Below, one piece after another: positions 1 to 8,327 of a stretch of DNA of 64,000 nucleotides. The translations under genes were made by a program, and so were the position numbers. This DNA comes from Candidatus Bathyarchaeota archaeon (GTDB lineage Archaea > Thermoproteota > Bathyarchaeia > Bathyarchaeales > Bathycorpusculaceae), in assembly GCA_963828195.1 (NCBI GenBank), contig CAWHDT010000007.1, positions 32,001-96,000 on the forward strand, read 5' to 3'. How positions within the stretch are numbered: position 1 is the stretch's first letter; the number at the start of each line of letters is the position of its first letter. The notes beneath the pieces were generated by a model. It had not been told where the DNA came from and made no database searches. It saw nothing but the letters and a program-made list of their open reading frames with translations.

Positions 1-342
1 GTCTTCCGTGACAGAAAGGGCTTGGAGCAGGCGCTGGAGAGAATTCGCGAGTTTCAAAGTAGAGCAGCTAATTTGGAGTTAACGTACAAGGGAAAACGTT
101 TCAATTATGAGTTAGAGGAAGCGCTGGAGTTTGAAAACATGCTTAAGCTAGCAGAAGTCATTGTTTACTCTGCTTTGCAGCGTGAAGAAAGCCGCGGAGC
201 GCATTACCGCAACGATTTTCCCGCCCGAAATGACGAGGCTTGGCTTAAGCATACCTTAGTTTTTCCTACGCCAATAGGTCTTGAGGTGCAGCATAAGCCT
301 GTGGTTGTTACGCGTTTTGAACCTAAAGCAAGGGTGTATTAA
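1..342 (+). CDS. sdhA: Succinate dehydrogenase/fumarate reductase flavoprotein subunit, C-terminal part (5' truncated by window)
   Basis: Frame open from base 1 (VFRDRKGLEQAL...); SALQREESRGAHYRNDFP and WLKHT motifs; followed by the Fe-S subunit. Confidence 0.93.
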   Translation, partial: VFRDRKGLEQALERIREFQSRAANLELTYKGKRFNYELEEALEFENMLKLAEVIVYSALQREESRGAHYRNDFPARNDEAWLKHTLVFPTPIGLEVQHKPVVVTRFEPKARVY

Positions 343-344
343 TA

Positions 345-1067
345 ATGATGGTTAAATTGAAAATTTTCCGTTTCGAACCCCAAAACGACAGAGAACCCCA
401 CTACGACGCCTTCACGGTGGAGGCTAAACCGACGGATAGACTGCTGGATTGCCTCAACAAAATACGCTGGGAACAAGACGGCAGCTTAGCATACCGAATG
501 AGTTGCGCACACGGCATATGCGGCTCAGACGGCATGACTATTAACGGTGTTTCAGCGTTGGCTTGCCAGAAACTGGTCAAAGACTACGACGCCGACAAAG
601 AAATCCTAGTTGAACCGCTAAGCGTTTTTCCAGTCGTTAAGGATTTGGTGGTGGATATGGAACCGTTTTTTGAGAGAGAAAAATCAGTGCATCCTCCAAG
701 CGGCATAATGCTGACCGACGCTGCAGAGGGCAAAGAACACCTGCAAACCGTTGAGCAGCGCCTCCAGTTTGACGACGACATAAAATGCATAATGTGCGCC
801 TGCTGCGTCTCTGCCTGCCCCGTAAACCAGAAAGAAGACCCAGCATATGTGGGTCCGGCGGCGATTGTTCGAGCGCACAGGTACATCTTTGATAGCCGCG
901 TCAAAGACATGTTAGAGCGCCTGCAGATCATGGATAAGCCACATGGTGCCTGGAGCTGCAAAAGCTACTACAAATGCACAAGGGTTTGCCCCAAAGAAAT
1001 CCAAGTAACAAAGCACATTCTGGAAGTAAAAGCCAAAATTCTCAGCGAGCTACGTCCAAAGAAGTAG
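345..1067 (+). CDS. sdhB: Succinate dehydrogenase/fumarate reductase iron-sulfur subunit
   Basis: SCAHGICGSD 2Fe-2S motif, CIMCACCVSACP and CKSYYKCTRVCP cluster motifs. Confidence 0.95.
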   Translation: MMVKLKIFRFEPQNDREPHYDAFTVEAKPTDRLLDCLNKIRWEQDGSLAYRMSCAHGICGSDGMTINGVSALACQKLVKDYDADKEILVEPLSVFPVVKDLVVDMEPFFEREKSVHPPSGIMLTDAAEGKEHLQTVEQRLQFDDDIKCIMCACCVSACPVNQKEDPAYVGPAAIVRAHRYIFDSRVKDMLERLQIMDKPHGAWSCKSYYKCTRVCPKEIQVTKHILEVKAKILSELRPKK

Positions 1068-1113
1068 CATCTGAAGTGAGCAGCGGTACAGAATTTGAAC
1101 CCGCGTACAATGC

Positions 1114-2307
1114 TTATTTGAGAGCTATTGCCCGCTTTGAGAGGGGAACGTATTGGCAGCCGATTTTTCCGCAGTAGTTGCCTCTGTATTCTGATGTTGG
1201 GCGGTAAAGTTCGGGTTTGATGGGTGGCTCAGGAAACTTTTCTTCAATTATGTGTGCTGCCCACCCTGGAATTCTAGCTACTGCAAAAACTGGCGTGAAC
1301 AAATCGTCAGGAATCCCCATCATGTGGTAGACCGAGGCGCTGTACAGGTCAACGTTGGCGTAGATTTCGCCGCCCTTGCGTTTCCGATACTCACGTTGCG
1401 TGATATCCTCAATCTCTTTAGTGATAAGGTACCATTTGGGGTCACCCGTGTCCCTTGCAAGTTTCTCAGAAATATGCCTAAGCAAATCCGCACGTGGGTC
1501 TAAGGCTTTGTAAACTGCGTGCCCCATCCCCATAACTCTTTCATGGCGGTCAAACTTTGATTTGACCCAAGCCTCAACGTTAGCTGGGTCTCCGATTTCT
1601 ACAAGGTTCCGCATGGTCTGCATGTTGGCGCCTCCATGCAACTCGCCCGAGAGTGACCCAACCGCAGCGCCGACGGCAGCGTACATGTGCGCCCTAGTTG
1701 AAGCAACCACTCTAGCCGCGAAAGTTGACGCGTTAAACGAGTGCTCGGCATGCAAAACCAAAGCCGTGTCAAAATCTTTAGCGATTCCTTCATCAGGCGC
1801 CTGCCCCGTGAGCATATAGAGGAAGTTTGCGGCGCGGTTGAGCTTTGAGTCTGGGTCGATGGGGGAGAGGTTTTTTCTTATTCTATCCCAAGCCGCCACC
1901 ACCGTGGGTAACGCCGCTATGAGCCTTATGGCACGTTTCAGGTTGGCTTCTTTTGAGTCATCTTGCCTTTCAGGGTCAAAGCTTGCCAACAAAGACACAG
2001 TGGCTTGCAGAACATCCATAGGCGAAGCCGTGTGTGGAAGCTTCTTTAATACTTCGATAATGCTGTCAGGAAGCTTTCTTTCCGCCGCAAGTTTCTTTGA
2101 GAACTCTTCAAGCTCAGCGCCTAAGGGCAAAGTGCCGTACAATAGGAGATAAGCGACTTCTTCATCTGAGGCATAAGCCGCTAAGTCATGAATGTCAAAG
2201 CCCCGGTAAGAAAGCTCGCCTTTAGCACCGTCGATAAGAGAGATGGCGGTGTCGGCGACAAGAACTCCACGCAGCCCAATGTCCTTTGTAGAAGATGAAG
2301 CAGCCAT
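1114..2307 (-). CDS. gltA: Citrate synthase (Si-type; 2-methylcitrate synthase not excluded)
   Basis: GLRGV...IDG..GELSYRG, HAEHSFNASTF, LHGGAN, MGMGHAVYK, ANVDLYS motifs; ATG at 2307 preferred. Confidence 0.93.
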   Translation of the reverse strand: MAASSSTKDIGLRGVLVADTAISLIDGAKGELSYRGFDIHDLAAYASDEEVAYLLLYGTLPLGAELEEFSKKLAAERKLPDSIIEVLKKLPHTASPMDVLQATVSLLASFDPERQDDSKEANLKRAIRLIAALPTVVAAWDRIRKNLSPIDPDSKLNRAANFLYMLTGQAPDEGIAKDFDTALVLHAEHSFNASTFAARVVASTRAHMYAAVGAAVGSLSGELHGGANMQTMRNLVEIGDPANVEAWVKSKFDRHERVMGMGHAVYKALDPRADLLRHISEKLARDTGDPKWYLITKEIEDITQREYRKRKGGEIYANVDLYSASVYHMMGIPDDLFTPVFAVARIPGWAAHIIEEKFPEPPIKPELYRPTSEYRGNYCGKIGCQYVPLSKRAIALK

Positions 2308-2667
2308 AATTTCAATCAACCCTTGCCCGTAGAAAGATGGGTTTTTGCGCGGCTGAAAGCAAGCGAGCTTTGCTGCCGCAGTTTAGGCAGTTTAAACGTA
2401 AAAATTGCGTTTCAAAACACCATTCGGTATGTTGCTTGGCGGGCAATAAAAGAGTTTGTTGTAGTAGCTAGGCGACCACAGTCTTGTTACGCCAAATTAT
2501 CTGAGCGAGGGCTTACTTACGGCTTTAGAACTAAACCCCCAACTGCGCTAACTCTTTGTCCAAATAAGTTACTCAAATCCGACCAAAATTTTTGTTTAAC
2601 TTTTCTTCCTCAGCAAGAAATCCGAAAAAGTTATAGCTCCAAGAAAAGATACTTAAGGTGTGATTTT

Positions 2668-3095
2668 ATGCAGTTTTTAACCGTAAGCGACGAATCCGGC
2701 GTTCAACATAAAGTTCTTGTTGTTTCTTTAGGCGAAACTGAAATGAATCACCTTACAGGTCAATGCAAACTATGCCGTCTATTTCCGTTTAACCGTTGGT
2801 TCAAAGTGGGCACCCCTATGTTATTGTCGATTTTGGCGGTGCTGACTCTTGGAAAACGGTAATAGCTCTCGACGAAGTGTCTGAGAACGGGGAGAGGGTG
2901 GGCGATGAATTGGCGGTTGGAGACGTTTTAACGGTGATTTTAACTTCTAATCCAAAAGCAGTAAACATCTCTAAAGATAAGGTTTACATGAGCGTGCTGC
3001 CGGAAGAGGTTTTAGCCTTCAGTTTCCTCTACACGGCGGATATGGCAGAAAACTACGCGGTGTTCAAAATGTTCAAGCAGCCCAAAAGCGAATAA
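2668..3095 (+). pseudogene. Probable disrupted hypothetical gene (two fragments in different frames)
   Basis: AAGGTGTGA then ATG at 2668 gives a globular-looking N-part (MQFLTVSDESG...); a second globular-looking part (2796-3095) is in another frame and preceded by an in-frame TAA at 2790. Confidence 0.35.
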
Positions 3096-3120
3096 AAGCA
3101 GGGCTAACTTCAAGACACAT

Positions 3121-3771
3121 CTATTTCAGGTAACGTAGAAACCAGTCTGCCGCCAGTTTAGAGACCTCTTCAAGTTTCCCAGGTTCCTCAAAGAGATGAG
3201 TTGCGCCTGGAATAATTACTAGTTTTTTTTCAGCAGACATTTGCTCCATAGCCTGCTTATTTAACTCTATAACCTCTTCATCTAACCCTCCCACCAACAG
3301 AAGAGTTGGCGCCGCCACTCTGCGTAGATAATCAGATGCTAGATCAGGTCGCCCTCCACGCGAAACCACAGCGGCAATGTCGGTTGGAAGCTCAGCAGCC
3401 GCGATTAAAGCTGCAGCAGCGCCCGTGCTTGCGCCGAAGTAGCCGAACGAGCAGTTTTTTGTCTGCGGGTCTTTTCTAAGCCATGTCGTGGCACCTACCA
3501 GGCGTTGAGCTAGCAACCTGATGTTGAACCGGTACTCGCCCGTTTCTATGTCCGCTTGGTCTTCTTCATCGGTAAGCAGGTCAAACAGTAATGTCGCGAT
3601 TTTTTGAGCGTTGAAAACTTTTGCCACATACTGATTTCTTGGGCTGAATCTACTGCTGCCGCTTCCATGCGCGAATAACACGACGCCTCTGGCGCCTGAA
3701 GGAACAGTTAAGTCGCCGGCTACAACTACGCCGCCGACGGGAATTCTAACGGCGGTTTCTTTATGAATCAT
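3121..3771 (-). CDS. Dienelactone hydrolase-family alpha/beta hydrolase
   Basis: FAHGSGSSRFSPRN, GASTG nucleophile elbow, VSRGGRPDL, GATHLFEE. Confidence 0.9.
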   Translation of the reverse strand: MIHKETAVRIPVGGVVVAGDLTVPSGARGVVLFAHGSGSSRFSPRNQYVAKVFNAQKIATLLFDLLTDEEDQADIETGEYRFNIRLLAQRLVGATTWLRKDPQTKNCSFGYFGASTGAAAALIAAAELPTDIAAVVSRGGRPDLASDYLRRVAAPTLLLVGGLDEEVIELNKQAMEQMSAEKKLVIIPGATHLFEEPGKLEEVSKLAADWFLRYLK

Positions 3772-4442
3772 GCCGTCACCATCCCCGCTGGCTTCTCACG
3801 GCTTTTCTGTTTGCTTTTTTTAAGCAGCTCTATTACTTCCTCGTCTGTGGTTTGGCTAAAATCCGAGTAGAATTGCCCTATAGCTTCGAAGTATTCGGGA
3901 GTGTAGAGGCATACGACGCGGTCAGCTTGTTTCTTTAACTCTGTAATGGTTGAAGGTGGACCAACGGGAACAGCCACTGTGACAGTTTTTGCGCCCCTGT
4001 TTTTGACCGAAGCCAAAGCCGCCTTCATGGTTGAGCCTGTGGCAATCCCATCATCAACAACTATAACGTCGCGACCTTTCAAGTTGGGGTAAGGCTCGTT
4101 CTGCCTGTAAAATTTTAGTCTGCGCTCGATTTCGAGTTTTTGCCGTTTACTTTCCTCTTTAATATAGTCCCGTGGGGCACCAATATAGTTTATTAGGTTT
4201 TCATCAAGGATTATGGTGCCGTCCTCAGTCATTGCGCCAATAGCCAACTCAGGATTGTCTGGAGCACCAATTTTACGGGGAATAATAACGTCCAAAGGAA
4301 GATTCAGGGCTCGGGCAATTTCATAGCCGACAACCACGCCGCCCCTTGGGATAGCTAAAACAATCGCGTTTTTGCCAGCGAAACCTGCTAAGGCTGACGC
4401 TAAACGCTTTCCAGCTTCAATCCTATCACCAAAATAAGCCAT
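3768..4442 (-). CDS. Type I phosphoribosyltransferase (COG1926-like)
   Basis: IPRGGV, RKIGAP.NPELAIGA, VVDDGIATGST PRPP loop, AIGQFY.DF.Q; 4-nt overlap with the hydrolase gene. Confidence 0.92.
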   Translation of the reverse strand: MAYFGDRIEAGKRLASALAGFAGKNAIVLAIPRGGVVVGYEIARALNLPLDVIIPRKIGAPDNPELAIGAMTEDGTIILDENLINYIGAPRDYIKEESKRQKLEIERRLKFYRQNEPYPNLKGRDVIVVDDGIATGSTMKAALASVKNRGAKTVTVAVPVGPPSTITELKKQADRVVCLYTPEYFEAIGQFYSDFSQTTDEEVIELLKKSKQKSREKPAGMVTA

Positions 4443-4701
4443 AATTTCTTCCTCAGAAAATTCTCTGTACACATTAAAGCCCCTTGAAGTATAAAAGCAG
4501 TATTATTCCGTTTACAGGCACCTCTTACATCAAAGCTTCATCCTTGAGATCTTTAAGTGCGGATTTAAAACGGCTTGAAATCAAATTATTGGTAGACTTG
4601 GCTTTTAAAAAACGGGGACTCATCTTAAAGCAAAGCCAAAGAAATTGAACGTTAAGAATTCCACTTTTCGCCGATAAACCCGAAAACAAAAAACAATTGT
4701 T

Positions 4702-7107
4702 TTAGGGCTTTTTGGTCAGCACCTGGTTTTCTTTGTCGAAAGCGAATTCGCTGAATCTCTGCGTGTAGTAGATCTTCAGGTATTCGCCTGCAAACTTTGC
4801 TTCAAACGGAAGATCTTTAGGTGAAAGAGCCTTTTTCTGTTTTAATTGTTCTTCAATGGCTGCTTCCGCCGTTGGATAGTTAAGCAGAAACTCTTTCCAC
4901 TCATTGTAAGCCGCTAATGTCTTCACTGCTTCATCAACGTAAGTCAGGTAGAGGGGCAAGTTTTCCATTATTTGGTTAATCTTGTAGTTAGATGGGTTTG
5001 AGAGTGTTTCTGCCGCCTTCTTTAAGCGTTCACGCAGGGTGCTGTTTTTCTCCCACAGATAATCTTTTGTCGGTAGCAAACGTTCAATCGAGTCTTCCTC
5101 GCTGATCAATTCAGAATACAGCATGGAGAGCACGTCTTTGGAGATGTTGAGGAAAGATTGGATGTCATCGTTTAATTCGACAACATCCACGATGTTTAAC
5201 TGGTCCTTCTCAATCTTGTTCTCAGCTGTCAACTTCATTGACTCTGCTTTTTTGGAGTAATCCAGTACTTTCGGCAGGTTCTCGCCGAAAATCGCGGGCA
5301 AAACCTCATTTTCACTGTTTAAGTCCGCAATCGGCGTTAAGGAGGTTTTAAGGTACTTCATCGAATCCAAAATTTCAGCGCCGTACTGTCTCTTCCAATT
5401 ATTCAAAGAGCTGTACAGTGCCTCAATGGCAATCCAAGGCGACTCTTTTTGCTCAAGCTTCTGCAGCGTGAACTCTATTGCTCTGCTTTTCTCTGGAAGA
5501 TCTGGGTCATACAGTGGTCGAATGATTCCATAAATTGGCTCGGCAACTTGAACAACGTCTTTGGCAAGAACTCTTCCGCCGTCCAAGATTTGTTTGATGG
5601 CGTCTATTCTTGCATCAAGAGCCATCTCTTTTTGAAAATCAGGGTTCACCGTTGATTTCACTTGTAAGCCGCTGCCTTTTAGTTTTCCAACCCAGTCAGA
5701 AAATTCACAGTTAACAAAAATCTGGTATTCCGACAGTATCGCGTTTAGTTCCGATTCTAAACCGTCAATGTTTTTGCTTAACTTGCCCAGCTCCTCCAGT
5801 TTCTCATTTAAATCTGCTGGTTCGAAGTAGTGCATCGCCGATTTTTTCAATGTGTCTTCAAGAGAGTCTTTGATAACCAGCATTTTTCCTTCCGGAGCAC
5901 TTACGTCAACTGGAATGTTTTGTTTAACGGTGTCTAGTTGTTCCTCAAAAGTCTTCAGTCGATCCATGAGGGCTTGAGTTTTCTCCACTATCTCTGGGTC
6001 TGTCGCTATTTGCTTAGGAGTGTACTCGATGAAGGCAACTGGTAGGGTAAAGAGAAGCGTCGCTAAAGTACCGAACAGTATTGTGCCGCCGCCGACGTCA
6101 GCGGTGTAAGCCAAAGGCGCTTGGAGAGCGCTTAAAAGAATAAAGAACAAGGCGGCTGCAATGGTGGCGGTGAAGCAGGGAAAAAGCTTGTTGCCTTCGC
6201 CAATCAGGCTTTCTTTAACGAAAAGTCTTGTAAAGAAAACAAGTGCAATAGCAAGCCCTGCAACTATAACGATGAACATGATTAAGCCGGGGGCAGAGTC
6301 AAGATACTGCGATAACGCCGCGCTGAGGGTGCGCCCGTTGAAATTTGGAGTCCAAGTGAGTTGACCCGCAATTGAATAGACAACTTGCGACGTGTCGTAG
6401 AGTCGAAACTGACTGATTGTTGTATTTAGATTAGTGAAAATTAAGTTTAAGGCGGTGAAAAGCGGTGGGCTTGAACCGGGCGTGTTCCACCAGTCTGATC
6501 TCAGGATTGGGGCTACAGTGTAGGTGTAGTACTGGAGAATCTGAAGTGGCACAGAGATTAATGTGTAATAAATGATTGTTAGGGAGACGTATCGTTTGAA
6601 GTATACTGCTGAAGCCAAAATAATTGGGATAGCTAAAAAATATGTTGACCCTGAGAAAAGCATGGTAACAGCTAATAAGCCGAAATCAATTGCGAGAGCA
6701 CTTCTGTAACGGTGAAAAATAATGGGTAACCCAACAAACAGCGCCATCCACACAACTACTACAGCAAGACGATCTGTTGTGCTTCCAAGAAACGAAATAA
6801 AATAGAGTTCGGCAAGATGATACAGCAGACCTATCCCAACGATGGCGCCGCCGACAGGCATTCCGAACAGTGGATTTTGAAAAGTGAGAAATGCAACTAA
6901 AACGGCGAGGATAATCGGCAGGGGTTGAGGAAAAAGAGGCAGATAAGACATCGCCAACGCCATTGCGACAAGTGTTACTAGAAAAGTAAGTATTTTCAGC
7001 GGTTGAGATTCAAGGCTGCGGTCCTGTGCCTCCTTATCTTTTCGCTTCTGGCTCGCTGTTTTGAACCAAGATATCAAGCCTTTTTTAGCGGAGGAGGGCT
7101 TCGTCAA
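4702..7107 (-). CDS. Multi-pass membrane protein (about 10-11 TM) with long cytoplasmic helical/coiled-coil C-terminal half; tubulin-locus associated
   Basis: 801-aa ORF; hydrophobic helices over residues about 40-360, then charged heptad-like helices; TTG start after AGGTTGA. Confidence 0.8.
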   Translation of the reverse strand: MTKPSSAKKGLISWFKTASQKRKDKEAQDRSLESQPLKILTFLVTLVAMALAMSYLPLFPQPLPIILAVLVAFLTFQNPLFGMPVGGAIVGIGLLYHLAELYFISFLGSTTDRLAVVVVWMALFVGLPIIFHRYRSALAIDFGLLAVTMLFSGSTYFLAIPIILASAVYFKRYVSLTIIYYTLISVPLQILQYYTYTVAPILRSDWWNTPGSSPPLFTALNLIFTNLNTTISQFRLYDTSQVVYSIAGQLTWTPNFNGRTLSAALSQYLDSAPGLIMFIVIVAGLAIALVFFTRLFVKESLIGEGNKLFPCFTATIAAALFFILLSALQAPLAYTADVGGGTILFGTLATLLFTLPVAFIEYTPKQIATDPEIVEKTQALMDRLKTFEEQLDTVKQNIPVDVSAPEGKMLVIKDSLEDTLKKSAMHYFEPADLNEKLEELGKLSKNIDGLESELNAILSEYQIFVNCEFSDWVGKLKGSGLQVKSTVNPDFQKEMALDARIDAIKQILDGGRVLAKDVVQVAEPIYGIIRPLYDPDLPEKSRAIEFTLQKLEQKESPWIAIEALYSSLNNWKRQYGAEILDSMKYLKTSLTPIADLNSENEVLPAIFGENLPKVLDYSKKAESMKLTAENKIEKDQLNIVDVVELNDDIQSFLNISKDVLSMLYSELISEEDSIERLLPTKDYLWEKNSTLRERLKKAAETLSNPSNYKINQIMENLPLYLTYVDEAVKTLAAYNEWKEFLLNYPTAEAAIEEQLKQKKALSPKDLPFEAKFAGEYLKIYYTQRFSEFAFDKENQVLTKKP

Positions 7108-7152
7108 GCAATCAACCTAAAGCCTTATTTTAACTAACTCTTCTTAAAGGTT

Positions 7153-8313
7153 ATGCAGGTACCTCGGATGAGTAATGAAAAAATCGATTTCGACGTTTTA
7201 GAAAGCATCAAGAAGCATACAGAAACCTTAAAACCGCTACTGCCTAAGCAAGCATTGGTTTGCATTGGCGAATACCCCATTAAGATATTGTTAAAAAAAC
7301 CCTACGTAAACGACACTAACCTAATGTCGCCGATTCTCCTTGGGAAATCCAGCGAGGAGATGTTTAAATGGATTCCAAAAGGCTTTGACCCGCTTCTTGT
7401 TTTAGGATTCGAAGACGCAAAAATTGATACTCACTTTTGGTATAATGTATTGCCATTTATTTCTCAAGACGAAACGTTGATCGAAGGTATAAAGAAAAAA
7501 CCCATTGAAAAACTGCAGGGCGCAATAATGGTTGCGTCCGTTTGGGATGGAATCGGCAGCGCTTCACTGCCAGCGCTTATATCGAAATTTAAGGCTTCAA
7601 ACATAAATTCGCTGTCCTTAGCTATATTGCCGTCAAAAATACAGACTACAGACGCATACTTCAACGCTCTTGCATCGTTGGGGATGTGTGCGTCCAGTGA
7701 TGCAGCGGTTGTAGTGCTTTTGGAGAGAGACTTGCTTGAAAACTATGAAGGAGTCGATAGAAACGGCGTCCTCATAAAAGGTAGTGCGGTTGCCAATTAC
7801 CTGATAAACCTGTTCATAACTAAGGAAACACTTGTCCAAGAAATATCAGAGTTTTCCAGGACATTTAACGTCAAAATGTACTCTGTTTTAGTGGCGACAG
7901 GTGCAAGCATAAAAATTTACGGTTCCTTAGAAAACATGTTAAACACAATGTTGCTGAAGCCTTTTTTAACTTTTGATTTATCAAGCGCTTCACTGCTTTA
8001 CGTTCTTCTTCGCATGCCCAAAAGTCTCAAAGATAAGGTTCCGAGAGAAAAAATCGAGTTAGCAACAGCAAGCTGGTTTAAAGAAAAAGCTAACCTTAAA
8101 TCCATATACATAACTGAACCCGTCTACGTTGAAGACCCAAGCGACCGAATCGACATAATCTTATTCATCGGCGGCTTCGACACTGAAAAAATGGTCACTG
8201 AATTAAATAATAAGGTCAAAAACATGAAAAATCGAGCTGTACAAAAAGGATTCTTAAAAGAGGAAGATTGGCAAGCATTTATGAAAAATTTAGAAGAGCA
8301 GAAGGAGCAATAA
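7153..8313 (+). CDS. Divergent, probably GTPase-inactive tubulin/FtsZ/CetZ-fold protein
   Basis: Tubulin-family elements in the right order but degenerate: LVCIGEYPIKI (T1), VASVWDGIGSA (T4), LAILPS (T5), YFNALASL, VVLLERDLL, QEISEF (T7), CetZ-like C-terminal LLKPFLTFDLSSA...IILFIGG. Confidence 0.7.
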   Translation: MQVPRMSNEKIDFDVLESIKKHTETLKPLLPKQALVCIGEYPIKILLKKPYVNDTNLMSPILLGKSSEEMFKWIPKGFDPLLVLGFEDAKIDTHFWYNVLPFISQDETLIEGIKKKPIEKLQGAIMVASVWDGIGSASLPALISKFKASNINSLSLAILPSKIQTTDAYFNALASLGMCASSDAAVVVLLERDLLENYEGVDRNGVLIKGSAVANYLINLFITKETLVQEISEFSRTFNVKMYSVLVATGASIKIYGSLENMLNTMLLKPFLTFDLSSASLLYVLLRMPKSLKDKVPREKIELATASWFKEKANLKSIYITEPVYVEDPSDRIDIILFIGGFDTEKMVTELNNKVKNMKNRAVQKGFLKEEDWQAFMKNLEEQKEQ

Positions 8314-8327
8314 AATCCTTCTAAAGT

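Noticed and set aside
2323-2667. 5' part of ORF 2323-2862
   Set aside because: Runs through the citrate synthase promoter region with non-protein-like composition
3121-4442. PRTase-hydrolase pair as a novel system
   Set aside because: Widespread known pairing, often fused in bacteria
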